Assembly (NCBI RefSeq): GCF_000485595.1
Contig: NW_014577076.1
Coordinates: forward strand, 930,727-979,406
DNA: 48,680 nt
Source: Priapulus caudatus
Taxonomy: Eukaryota
Direction of reading: 5' to 3'
Positions 26,690 through 38,940 of this stretch are shown piece by piece (within the stretch, counting starts at the first letter, position 1; each line of letters opens with the position of its first letter). The notes beneath the pieces were generated by a model. That model had not been told where the DNA came from. It saw only the letters and a program-made list of their open reading frames with translations, and did not search any database. The position numbers and the translations under genes are program-made.

Positions 26690-27040
26690 GACGCGCAGCG
26701 GCAGAGCAACTATGCTCAACTAGACTAGTTGCCGCGTCGACGTGACGCGTCAGCAGCGCACCGATAAACAAATTGTCGTCATCGCTTCGCGCGTCCTATA
26801 GCTCTCCGCAGCATTATCAATAAAGCTGGGCGGAGATAGTCACACTCGCTCAGCGCTATAAGCACCCGCCGCGCCACGCGCGCTACATGCAAACCCCGGA
26901 GACGAACGCACGTGCGCATTTAGAATCGGGCGGTCTGCGCGTGATACAACGGTACGACGCGCGAGCGTTTACGGCACGAACGCCGACGATGTGTCGGCAC
27001 TGACTTAACAAGAGCTACGACTGGTAAAACGACGGGCGAA

Positions 27041-27430
27041 ATGACAACGCATGGACCTGTGCTTCTGCGAGTGATCGTCAGACTACTATGGCTGCTGTGG
27101 ACGGCGGAGCTACTGCGGGCCGAAAACTTTACGATAGGCTATATCACCGGGAGCGCCCGCAGGCCCGGCAACAACGAGTACAACCGGCCCGGGCTGGCCA
27201 TCAGCGGAGCAATCACGCTCGCTGTCAACGAGATCAACGCGAATCCCGATCTGTTGCCCAACGACTATTTGAACTTTGCGGTGGCCGAAACGTACGGCGA
27301 ATCCGCCGAGAGCCTGAAACAAACTGCGCTGTTTTGGCAAAGCAATGCGGCAGTTATTATTGGTCCGCAAGAGACGTGCGTTTGCGAGGCAACTCTAGCC
27401 GGATCGTTTGGAATTCCAATGGTGTCATAC
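27041..27430 (+). CDS. Gyc32E: rGC coding exon 1 (signal peptide, MTTHG...GIPMVSY)
   Basis: ATG at 27041, hydrophobic signal ending ...[10 protein letters not shown], donor tac|gtaagt, phase 0. Confidence 0.93.
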
Positions 27431-30400
27431 GTAAGTATAAATGTTAATAATTATGCAATAGTCCGTCATACTTTGGTGCACATAGGGCGTGCGTGTGCGG
27501 GGATGTGTGCGCGAACATCTATTTGTCGGGGCGTATGTGCCGGCATGTCAATTTGTATATGTATCTGTATCTACATCAAATTCCCTCTTCCTCGTTTGTC
27601 TTATTTTAAGTATTACAAATCTTAAATAGCATTATTTCATGTATCTTTTAAGTATACTATTATACTACCACATCTACTATAGCAGTGTGGAAAACAGCAA
27701 TGAAACAATACTGGCAAATTATTCAGTTTTAAATTCACTTCGGTTTATTGATTTATTCATTCATCCATGCATCCATGCGTCCTTGCATCAACCCTTTCAT
27801 CAATTCACTCTTCTCATTCTCCCTTTCATTTATTCATTCATTCATTCATTCATTTATCCATCCATCCATCCATCAATTCATTCATTTATTTGTTCGTTCT
27901 TTCGTTCGTTCGTTCGTTTGTTCGTTCGTTCGTTCGTTCGTTCGTTCGTTCGGTCATCCCTTCTTTCCTGCTTTCGTTCTTTCACTCATTTATTCGTTCA
28001 TCCATTGATTAATTTATTCGCCCATCCATCCATCAATATATGCATGTATGTATCCAGTCATCCATTGATTCATCCATCGATCCATGCATCTATCCATCCA
28101 TCCATCCATCCATCCATCCATCCATCCATCCATCCATCCATCCATCCATCCATCCATCCATCCATCCATCCATCCATCCAGCCAGCCATTCATTCATCCA
28201 TCCATCTATCCATCCACCCATCCATCCATTCATTCATCCATCCATCTATCTATCCACCCATCCATCCATCCATCCGTCCATCCATCCATCCATCTATCCA
28301 CCCACCCATCCATCCATCCATCCATCCCATCCATCAATCCATCAACACACGCAGAATTTATCTACGCAAAATTATGTATGCTAGCATCGTGCCACTAACT
28401 ACTCTCTTCATATGCACTGCAACATGATTACTCATATACAACCATTTACAACAAGATCATTTGTCGATTTATTTATTCATTCATTCATTTACTTATTTAC
28501 TTATTTATTTATTTATCTATTTATTTATTTAGTTAGTTAGTTAGTTATTTTCCTGACCCGAGAGTAATGAACAAATGTGTTTAATTTAATACATTTATTA
28601 ACCTAATCTAGCTCCATGTAATCAGAACGTGTTTTGTGTGTGACGTGCTATTTTGGTTACGCATCCCTCGTGTGTGAGAATATTACTCCTCATTTCATTT
28701 TGTGTAAAAGTGCTTGTTTAAGCATTGTATGGTAAGGATCCGGTACAATAGGTATGATGAGACAAGCCAATTTAACCTCGAATGTTGCCGCGTGTCTTAA
28801 TTATTAAATGACAATAGCTATAACGATTATAAATTTATGTCAATAATAAGCAATAATTATATAGGTTAATAATTAATTATTAATTAACAATTGCAACAAA
28901 GGGCAAAGTTTTGATTGCACATACATCAGATTATAACGGGTTCATTTTCTAATGTTACCGGATTCCATAAATGCGTCAACGGAAGAGAGTCTCATTTAGG
29001 TAAGATCAGGAGTTAATAATGACAAATTTGTCATAATTTGTCATTATTAACTTCTGGTAAGATGGTAACTTCTGGTAACTTCTGGTAACTTCTGGTAACT
29101 TCTGGTAACATGGACCTGGTATGCTGCAGTGACTATAGGTATATTGATTGTAACAGTATATAACAGTAACAGTGACAGTGGCAATGACAGTGACCGTGGC
29201 AGTGACAGTGGCAGTGACTATGACAATGACAGTGACAGTAACAATAACAGTAACATAAGCAGTAACAGTAACGGTAACGGGAACGGGAAAGGGAACGGTA
29301 ACGGTAACGGTAACGGTAACGGTAACGGTAACCGTAACTGTAACGGTAACGGTAACTGTAACTGTAACGGTAACGGTAACTGTAACAGCATCATCAATAG
29401 CAGCATCAGCAATAACAGAAATAGCAGTAGCAATAACATGTTTATTGTTCACAAACTACGCTTATCACTGCGGAATGACGCAATTCGTCGTCTTGTCTTA
29501 AAGTGATAGTAAAATGAATTAAGTGTGATTTTAAACTCGTAGAAACATCAGCTCGATCGTTTATCCTGCGCACGTACCAATGCAACATAAAACGTGAAAT
29601 ACCACCCACGAGAGGTATACATTGCCCAGCCCCTGGCCACGTGCCGGTATGTCTTTCTACGTACGTGACTGAGCCCACGCCTTGCCAATGACTTTTATCA
29701 ATGGCAAGCGACCGATGCAGCGAGTATAAACATACTGAAAGAGCAAACATCTTCCGCGCGGGCTTAGATCAATACGACTTTGTAAAAGGTTCAACACTAT
29801 CATGGCTTTAGATGCCGGAATAGGGGAATCGCTTAGATTCCTGCGGTAATTGTTGGGACAAATACTTGCGCCTAAGAATGTAAACTGGGAGAGAGAGCGA
29901 AAATAAACAAAGAGCACTTAATATAAGCACTCGGCTTACTGATGGCTAAATACAGCCACTGTGAGCTGTGAAAGTGTTTTAGCTTCACAATTCGTGCACA
30001 TTATGTGAACTAGATAAGTAACGTTTATAGCACAACGGAAAGAGCCCCCTTTATCACCCGCCTGACGTTCCCATCTCAGAACGGTTACCATAGACTATTT
30101 ACATTCTTTGCATTTCTGCTTCACTTGGAATGATTCCTTGCTCAATCCACGTTGCTTATACAGCCAAGGGTCTCTTCAAACCACTGTAATATATATCTCT
30201 AAACAGCGAGTGGGGCCTCTGCACGTGTTCGGTCGGGCACAACATTCGAAATTGGAAAGAAGCCACGAAATATACGGTATCGCCGGAAACCAGAGCGCAA
30301 ACAACCCACGCGGCATATTGGAAATTTGGAGGTTTGTGTCTCGTGTTGAACCAAGGTTGACGGTTCATAGCCGATTATTTCCTATATTAACGACATACGC

Positions 30401-30918
30401 TATTAACCTTTGATCTGGGCTCATGCAGTAAGCAGTTGTTTTGCCACCCTGTGTCGATATTATACGTTGGCTATTGCAAAGACAGATTGAAGATTTGGAA
30501 ATAAGTTAATAATTTAGTTTGTACAGAAATGTGGATTGTCGGATGGACCCTGTTTAGTTAATCTAGTTAACTAATATTGTGAAAGCAAACGTAGTTTCCA
30601 TGCGTTTACTCTTTTTTCTAATTACAGACCATACAGTTGTATATTGCAATAAATATGTTTTCGAAAGAATACTATGCATTCACGCATTGCGTATGTAATC
30701 TTGATAGGCGAATGAGGTATAAGTAGAACCACTTCGGTTCAAAGTAAAAGCGTCTACGTAGACGAGTACGTTGTTGTACCAAAGCAATATAGGCCATGTC
30801 AAGTTTAAAATGAACAGAATGTGAGCATCTTACGCGTAGCCCAATTTTCTAGCAGAGTATGGATATTTTCAAGCTTAGCGACTAATTTAACGACCACGGG
30901 CAGAGGAATCAGTCCGGG

Positions 30919-31017
<99 letters not shown>

Positions 31018-34000
31018 AAGTAAGAGAGAGATGAATAAACTGGATGTTTTTAGGACTCTTGTCTCTATCCTCTCTTGATTGATTCCTCTGCTTTATGTTC
31101 GCTAAATTAGTCGGTAAGCTTGAAAATATCTGCGATTTGCATGACTGCGATTTTAGATATGAACTCCCTGCCGTGTGTCGTGCGGACGTATGAACGTCTG
31201 TCGCGAAGCAAAGAACGTGCTTTACTGCTAAGCAGTTTCCGGCTCTACAATAAATCAGTAGTTATAGAATTCACTATCACCTTATTTGCCGGCTGTAATA
31301 TTCCGAGTCCATATAATCAGGAGTGAATAATAATAGAATCTATTATTATTCACCCTGATATAATATTCCTATAGTATAAATATAATACCCAGTACAGTCA
31401 TCGCCGTTATGTGTTTCAGTACTGTCCGGAAACAGTGGTATCAAACAAGTACCAATACCCAACGTTCGCCCGCACGCGACCACCGGACTATCAGATCTCA
31501 AAGTCACTCGCAGCGCTGCTGAAATACTTCAACTGGACGACTGTAGCCGTGCTCAGCAGTGACGCGTCCGATTTTAGCAACGTCGCTACTACTATCATCA
31601 AGATTCTGAAGGCGTCTGGCATTGACGTGGCGACACACAGGACCTGGCAAGGAACGTATTACCACGATTTCACCGAAAACCCCTTCGTTAAGCTGGTCGA
31701 AGAGACTTTAATGGACGCAAGAAGTAAGTGCTCGAGAGTTTAGTGTGGTTTATGATCGCCCTACCTTCCTGGCTGGTACGGTGATTCGCTTAATCACGAT
31801 ACAATGTTTAAACGCTGAATGGAAGCTGTAGTTAAAATCACTACATGTAAGCTTGCGATGTCATGCAATTCCTTCCTATTATGCAACGCTCCCATCTATG
31901 CGATGCTAATAATTATGTCATGTATATAATGCAACCATGTCGATCCACAGAGTGATATAATGTATAAATGAAACAATAATATCTAGCGTAACGTTTTGCA
32001 TAATCGCCCCTACAATTTCATGTAACGCTACTATATCGTGCTGTGCCGCCATATCGCATAATCTCATCTAAATCTCATTAACACGACTCGCAATATCGCA
32101 TATCGTTTACACGTCTACATTATATCTCTCTAACTCAGTATGCTCTAATCTCACTAACGTATGCCATAGAATAATTGCATTTACGGCATTATACGTTCTT
32201 TGTAACGCTTCTGTGCGCCATGATAGAGAAAAATCACACGCAACGTTCCTTCATATTAAATAACCTTCGTAGCGGTGGAGCGTAAAACACCTACTTCGGC
32301 ACCTACTTTACACCGAAATAAATCGGACAAAAATAACTATGAAGGTCTTGAAGAAACTAATCCAACGGTCGTTCCCTATTGTCTGACACACGCGGGTCGT
32401 TGAGTTAACAGTATTAAATACTTAAAAGCGAAATAGAATGGCTTTAACCCTATACCTCATCGTCAAACGTAGACATATTTACACACGCGTCTACGAACTC
32501 TTCGTGACATGTGCGGTAAATTATACCCCTATTTGCAGTAGTAAGTAGTCTATACCATACACGGCTTGTTTAGGTTAGCATTAATTGGCTCGTAGATGCC
32601 GTTTTACCAATGGTCACTAAATCAAATGAATCGTTCACTGACCTTTCGTATGGTCTGAGTACTGACGGCAGCTTTTATGTGTGACCCGGGTGCGCAGCGT
32701 ATGTGCCCATTCGCACCATGTGTTGTCCAGGGTGTCCATGTGTTTCGTTGATTTTATAACGAGTATGTAAATTAATACTTAACTGACGAAAGATCGGACA
32801 TACTACTTTATAATATGATTCACTCTAACAGCAGCGGTATAAAGCCGTTACTTTTTGAAGTTATATTATGTTATACGGAATGTACTTTCCACTTTTAGCG
32901 TAGCATCCGCAAATAAGGGGAATGATTTTGACGTTGGTCTAGGCGTATTATGAATATGTAAGTTTGCAGCGGCATACATTTGGACATTTTTTGCAGCAAA
33001 TATCGTATTTAGCTTTCAGCAAACTATCATAATCTTATTAATCTTATGTTATCTTCTCTATTCATGGAGCACAATATCGTACTAGGAGATTAAATTGAAT
33101 GCTGCAATTGGGTTTATTTCATGGTGCAGGTTATGAAATTACGATATATGCGCGTAAGAAAATTCACGAACTTTCTTGAGCTGCTAATGGGTATTTAAAT
33201 GCGACGGCTTCAAACGAGCACCTCATTGCTAAACTAATCGCTTTATCAACCAGGACACATCTGTTTCATATCAGCGTTTTTGAGGCGAGAAGGCAAGGCA
33301 GTTGTCGCAAAAGTGCAATGAAGCTACTTATTCCATTTGACAGCGCGCAAGATCAGTCTTTGCCGCCTACGTAATTATAGACTCAATTTCTAGGCGAGGC
33401 AGTTGTTCGTGGCCGTTGTAAAAACACAGAGAACCGTAAATGTCATAGTAACTTAATTATAGAATCAGAAGCGTGCTTTCTTAAATGGACTTTTTTAGTG
33501 TATGCCGAAGGAAGGTAATTTTAACATGCTGCCCTATTCTTACGTTTCCCACACGATAAGCAATAAGCAATTTTTTTATGTCGATGCGAAAATATTCGCG
33601 GCTATAATACAGACGGATTTCTCATCTTGTTTAACAAGGTTCTTACTGTTGTTTTTAAATTGTTTGACATGTGCAATACTCACAGAGTATAGTAACCTTG
33701 CCGAACAGCTGCATATTACGCATGCACTTTAAGATGTGTCTTAAAACGTGAGAAATGTCTACCGGCACCCTATCTATGGTAGAAGTCACCGCTGTAAGCT
33801 GCGTACGTGATCGATCTCAGCTAGTCGAATGAAGTGATCCATAGCATCGGTTTGAAATGCCAGTTTAGTTGTACGGGCGTATAGATAAAATAAATAATAG
33901 CGCTTGGATTTACAACATAGCTCGCGGATTACAGAAACAATTTTAATTACCGATATTAGGGCATCCTTAACCCTGCTCCGAAATACATTATTATGTTTAC

Positions 34001-34474
34001 ACGCACATATACGAGCATAACACACGCGCGCGATGTCCCGGATGTTACACCATGGTTCTAATTGCTAGTAATAGTAATCGTTGCTGCGACCGCGGCACTG
34101 GTACTGGTGGTACGCCGTAGCTAGGACTGATGCCTTCATATATATTGATATTTCAGTATATGTTGTCATCGGGAAGCAGACAGAGTACATAGGATTGATG
34201 ACATACATGGAGGAGAGACAACTCCTCAACGGCGACTATTTTGTCGTTGGGGTTCATTTTGATCAGTACAACCCTGAAGATCCAGAGGAATACATAAAGG
34301 GTAGGATCGCTGTTCTTCGCAACTCAACGTCTCTAAATAACATTTTATTTTGTACAAAAACATAAAGGTATAAAGCCTATACATATTTTAAAAAAAACAT
34401 CCGACTCTTTATTTGATAAAATATACAATAAACACGCGCACGCACGCACACACGCACGCACGCACGCACGCACG

Positions 34475-34549
<75 letters not shown>

Positions 34550-36966
34550 ACACAAGCACACACACACGCATTATATATAATCTTATTTTACATTGCATAG
34601 GTAATGCTTATACTAAAGATGTCTTCCCCTTTCACTACTGTAACCAATTTGTAACAAATCCCACAACCCCCAGAGTAAACCCCACGCAAAAACTAAATTG
34701 AATTATAACCTTGAAGCATTAGGAACTGTAAAACGTGGATAGCAAGCCTGATGAAAATCTCGAATTCAAAATAGCTTTTGTCGCCGGTTACAAAATGTCG
34801 TTTAAAACATGTTTTTCAAAAGTTATATTCTCTAGGCAAAAGCTTGGATTAAACTTAATCCAGAGCAAGGTATGGCTGCTTGTCATTTATGTATAAACGC
34901 ACAATCGCGAAGTTCTTTTGTTCAGTTCGTGCTGTGGTGTTCGTCTCTGCATTTTCTTTATCGTAAAGCGACATGTCGCCTCCGGTGTGTGCTGGATGTT
35001 TTCACTCTTCCGTCGTAGGTGTGCTACAGACGCACGTTGACACGCGCAGTCGCAGAGCCTTTCAGTCTTACATCGGGATCATCAGCTCCGCGCCCGTGTA
35101 CCCGGCGTTCCAGCACTTCTCGGCGAAGGTAGACAGTTACCTGGAGTCGCCACCGTTCAGCCACCCCAACCCGTTTAAGACGAAGGGACTGGATGTCCCT
35201 CGAAAGGTACGCACGCGCTCGTCTGGCGTGAAAACTACAAGCTAACCTGCGTTATTAGTATACGAATGTGATTATCTCATCAAATGAGCATCAGCGTAAA
35301 TTAGAAGACACACACATCGTGCGTTAATACTTATTACACGGCATCCATATGTGCAGTGTAATTGTGAAGCATGAGACCTATACTCAATAAACGATAAGGT
35401 ACCCTATTTACTGTTACGGGCAGATGACAGGTAAAATACACACAATTTCTCATGGTATTATGATATCGCAAATATTGCATAAACTGCCAACATTGTTGTC
35501 ACGTCAGTGTAAAAATATAATATGGTTTATATGACTTCATGATCTCATTAGATCAACCAGGGGGCGGCACACCTTTACGACGCAGTCTACCTATATGCTC
35601 GGGCTGTGCATCAGGCAGAAGCCAACCACGATGATCCACTCAATGGTCACGTTTTGATCAATTACATGAAAGAGCAGACGTATCTGAGTAAGTGAAACGC
35701 AAGATTACGAATGGCGCTGACTCAACGCGTCGCAAACTCGTGAACAGCGTAGTCTATAACACAAATATCAAATAAACGTTATATGTAACAGTTATTTACG
35801 CACACACCAGATGCAATACATCCTCTCGCTGGGGTTTATTCTCTCATTTACCATCATTAGCCATCATGGCCATCATTAGCCATCATTAGTTACATTGGCC
35901 ATCATTAACTTCAAACTCCTACTTTCTTCATATTCACATCTCACGCGATGCATCCAATAAAAGCTTAGAATGCCCCGAAAGCACGTAGCTTCTGTTTCAT
36001 CTCAACGCAATTCGTTTCTCTCGCCCTCTAAATCGACCGGCGTAGGTGCGATGGGATACATGACGTCGACGGACGAGAATGCTGACGCGAAAGGCAACTA
36101 CACGCTAATTGCGTTCAGTCGGCTTCCGGGAGCGGAAGCGCGATACGGCCTGACGCCCGTGGGCACGTTCGAGCATATGGAGCCAGGCGAGGGTGAAACA
36201 ATCGGCCTTCCGGTAAGATATGTATGTATTATTCGATCTAACACACGCTTTGCAGTAAACTCGCTCTTGTACTAATTGTGACTGCACGTATGTACGTGGG
36301 CGTGTGCGCGTGCGGGCGTGCGTGCGTGCGTGAGTGTGTGCACGCGCGCGTTTGTTCATTTCACATTGCGTTGCATGTCGTATTCCCTTACATCGCGACG
36401 GCGATGTATCATGGTAAATTAATTTGAAATTATCATGTATGCGTGTGGCGTGCGCGTGCGCGCGCACATTTGTGTGCTGACTGCGTGCGACTCTACCTTC
36501 TGCCGTTCGGTGTCATAAATATGTTTTACCATATATCAAACAAGTCATAACTGTAACTATATGTACGTTTGCAAATCAAGCATTATATTGGTGGGTAATA
36601 GACGGACGTGTACACCCGATTTGTTCCTATTCTCAAAACGCATGCATGTTAAATCAATAAAGTAGCTATCTGTGTTGCGCATGAATTAGATACAGCATTG
36701 TAAATATAATATATAATATCAACTATATATTATAAGTGTGAATAAATTTATCATAACCGCGTAAACGCGCAACATTGGATGACGTCACGCGTGACGCATC
36801 GCTGCAGCTTGTCCGCTGACGACGCTCATGTTTGTCGCTGCAGCGTCTAAGAATTTACGACCGCATCCCGTGGCGCGGTAGGGGGCCGCCAGCCGCCGTG
36901 CCAGCGTGCGGCTTCCGTGGCGTGAGCTGTCCGAACAACAACATCGTGGGTCAGATCTCTGTGTGA
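27041..36966 (+). CDS. Gyc32E: Receptor guanylyl cyclase Gyc32E-like gene, 7 coding exons: signal peptide plus ANF-receptor-type ligand-binding domain (483 aa if ending at TGA 36964-36966; otherwise the 5' part of a longer gene)
   Basis: join(27041-27430,31420-31723,34157-34300,35019-35206,35552-35687,36046-36212,36844-36966) is 1452 nt and open. All introns are GT-AG with matching phases 0,1,1,0,1,0. Motifs [60 protein letters not shown] and CGF-G-C match the recalled insect Gyc32E ectodomain. Confidence 0.88.
27750..28345. repeat. (TCCA)n/(TTCA)n/(TTCG)n microsatellite in rGC intron 1
   Basis: Visible repeat; source of the HPSI ORFs. Confidence 0.95.
29048..29435. repeat. (AACTTCTGGT)n followed by (GTAACG/GTGACA)n simple repeats
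   Basis: 10-bp repeat at 29048-29109, hexamer repeats at 29160-29435. Confidence 0.9.
30920..31030. repeat. (TA)n(GA)n microsatellite
   Basis: Visible repeat. Confidence 0.95.
31318..31357. mobile_element. 40-bp palindromic micro-MITE with perfect 7-bp TSD
   Basis: atataat|caggagtgaataataatagaatctattattattcaccctg|atataat. Confidence 0.7.
31420..31723 (+). CDS. Gyc32E: rGC coding exon 2 ([10 protein letters not shown]...LMDAR)
   Basis: Acceptor tttcag|, donor a|gtaagt. Encodes [17 protein letters not shown] and FNWT. Confidence 0.93.
34157..34300 (+). CDS. Gyc32E: rGC coding exon 3 (IYVVIG...EEYIK)
   Basis: Acceptor tttcag|, donor g|gtagga. Encodes the GDYFVVG motif. Confidence 0.9.
34432..34570. 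repeat. (CACG)n/(CA)n microsatellite
   Basis: Visible repeat. Confidence 0.95.
35019..35206 (+). CDS. Gyc32E: rGC coding exon 4 (GVLQT...DVPRK)
   Basis: Acceptor cgtag|, donor aag|gtacgc. Encodes AFQSY and PPFSHPNP. Confidence 0.9.
35552..35687 (+). CDS. Gyc32E: rGC coding exon 5 ([18 protein letters not shown]...QTYL); absent from the ORF track
   Basis: Acceptor cattag|, donor a|gtaagt. Encodes the LYDAV hallmark of ANF-receptor domains. Confidence 0.92.
36046..36212 (+). CDS. Gyc32E: rGC coding exon 6 ([20 protein letters not shown]...IGLP)
   Basis: Acceptor cgtag|, donor ccg|gtaaga. Confidence 0.92.
36844..36966 (+). CDS. Gyc32E: rGC coding exon 7 ([40 protein letters not shown]); absent from the ORF track, 3' end uncertain
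   Basis: Acceptor ctgcag|. Encodes the juxtamembrane W..G.PP..P.CGF.G..C motif. Ends at in-frame TGA 36964-36966, or splices earlier at gt|gtgaga (after 36962). Confidence 0.82.
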   Translation, partial: RLRIYDRIPWRGRGPPAAVPACGFRGVSCPNNNIVGQISV

Positions 36967-38744
36967 GAGAAGAAGAAGCTGCAGACGAAGAACGTTAACC
37001 CTAGCAGCCGCTGGGAGACGCCGCGGCAGCAGCTGTTCATCGCGGCGAAATCCCACTATATTGATAACGCGAACTTATAACGATAGCGACAACGTCACGT
37101 TACCATGATTATTGTGAGACATAATTTAAGGTAAGTTGTGAAGATGTAGAACGCGCTTTGGGAAAGTGTTTACCTATAGATGTAAATATGAGAGGCAGTG
37201 TAGACTTCTTGGATCCGTATAGCTAAACATGATTATTTTATTGTCGTATAAATTATGGAAGAACAGTACCGCCAGTCGATGCTATAGTTAAGGTTATCGT
37301 TATGATTAAAAACATGTGAGAACATTTTACGCTATACGTGGGTATGGAGTTCTGACTGTTCTGATAGCCCGGTGGTATTAACTATTGAGTTTAAATCGCC
37401 ATTATTAATCCTATAGTTGTTTCCAACATGCAGAAACTGGCCTTATGCTAATGTAATTCATGTCCGTGTAAAAATTAGAGCTATGTACTTGTTATTTGTA
37501 AGGGCTTAATCCTGATAGTATCTTATGCATTTGATTATTATTGCGCACTACTCATTGCACTGTACGCTTGAAAATAAAATCGGTGAGATCCAGGTACGCA
37601 CGTAGCAGTGAATATTGATTGACACCAGCGCAATCACGTAGTGACACCTTTAATTTCTCTATCGCTGTTGAAATGCCTACAGAAATTAAGTTATACGATT
37701 TGTCAATTGATTGCACCAGCTATCATTTAACGGGAAATGACCCGTAGGGACGTAGAGTGCAATTTGCACATTGTGCGAATATTGTCAAGATAAACGATAT
37801 ATACATTTTGGGAGTAAAGACGGTTTGAAAGGCGGAACAGGTGGAATAGGCGCCTGAAATGTGACGCGCGCTGATGAAATGGGGGCATGTTTATTGCGCT
37901 TGACAATGTCGACGTTATTTTCTATCGTATTTGAGTTACATGATAAATTCTAACAGCATTCTAAAGCGATTTTACCAAAAACGAAATTAAAATGTAACGA
38001 AATTACAATTCGAAGGCGCTGTAACGTTAAATGACGCTTATTGTCCAGCCATTTCATTAACTCTGTATATTCCTGCTGTTCTTCCTCTTGCCAATATCCG
38101 CCGACCATTTTCACCGGACCGAAGTTACTGTCGGTGCTAATTTGTCGGATATACACATTCTAGAGACCTATATGCTTGAGTATAATGACATTTTATGTTA
38201 ATGCGAAATCTATATGTGCATAATATATAGCGCAAACGAAAACGTATATGGGCCTTGCCATTATTGTACCGGGCATGATGAAGTATTAATTATTATCACC
38301 GCTTGTTGATGATAATGGGTTAAAAGTTTATAATTGTGGTGTATAAGATTAATATCGTAGCACAATTGTGTTGCAGCTTTGGATGTATCAGAGTTTTATT
38401 TTCGCAAGTGTGCTGCATATTCTTGGATTGTAAATAATATTTATTTTGGAAACGGCTTGTAGTGTTTGCAGCAGTACTAAATGAATAAAGGATATACTGA
38501 CTCAGTGCGTGTCTCCATGTGGTTAATGTTAAACTAGCTACTGTAGCCTTGGCGAATTTTGTAGGCTATTTATAGGCACAACTATTTCGGAACTTGGCGT
38601 GATCGGTTTGAACACTTTGTTTACATTCTTCTCGTTTCGATCAGATGAGAGAGCAAAGAATAACAAACATTGAAATCTGTGAAGCTGATTACTTTACAAG
38701 TATAGCAATAGATCAGCTAGTTGGTATAAATTTAGCATATTCCG

Positions 38745-38890
38745 CATATATATATGTATATATATATATATATAATTATATATATATAGTATATATATAT
38801 ATACTTACATGCATACATACATACATACATAGAGGGCCGTGTATAGAGAGCAGAGAGGGGAGATAGATAGATAGAGAGAGAGAGAAAAAA

Positions 38891-38921
<31 letters not shown>

Positions 38922-38940
38922 AAGAAAGAAAGAGAGAAAA
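38745..38940. repeat. (TA)n/(CATA)n/(GA)n/(GAAA)n microsatellite
   Basis: Visible repeat. Confidence 0.9.

Noticed and set aside
27639..29506. HPSI-, VT- and NG-repeat ORFs
   Set aside because: Simple repeats inside rGC intron 1.
36964..36966. TGA as a selenocysteine codon
   Set aside because: The position is not a conserved Cys in rGCs and I could not identify a SECIS element.
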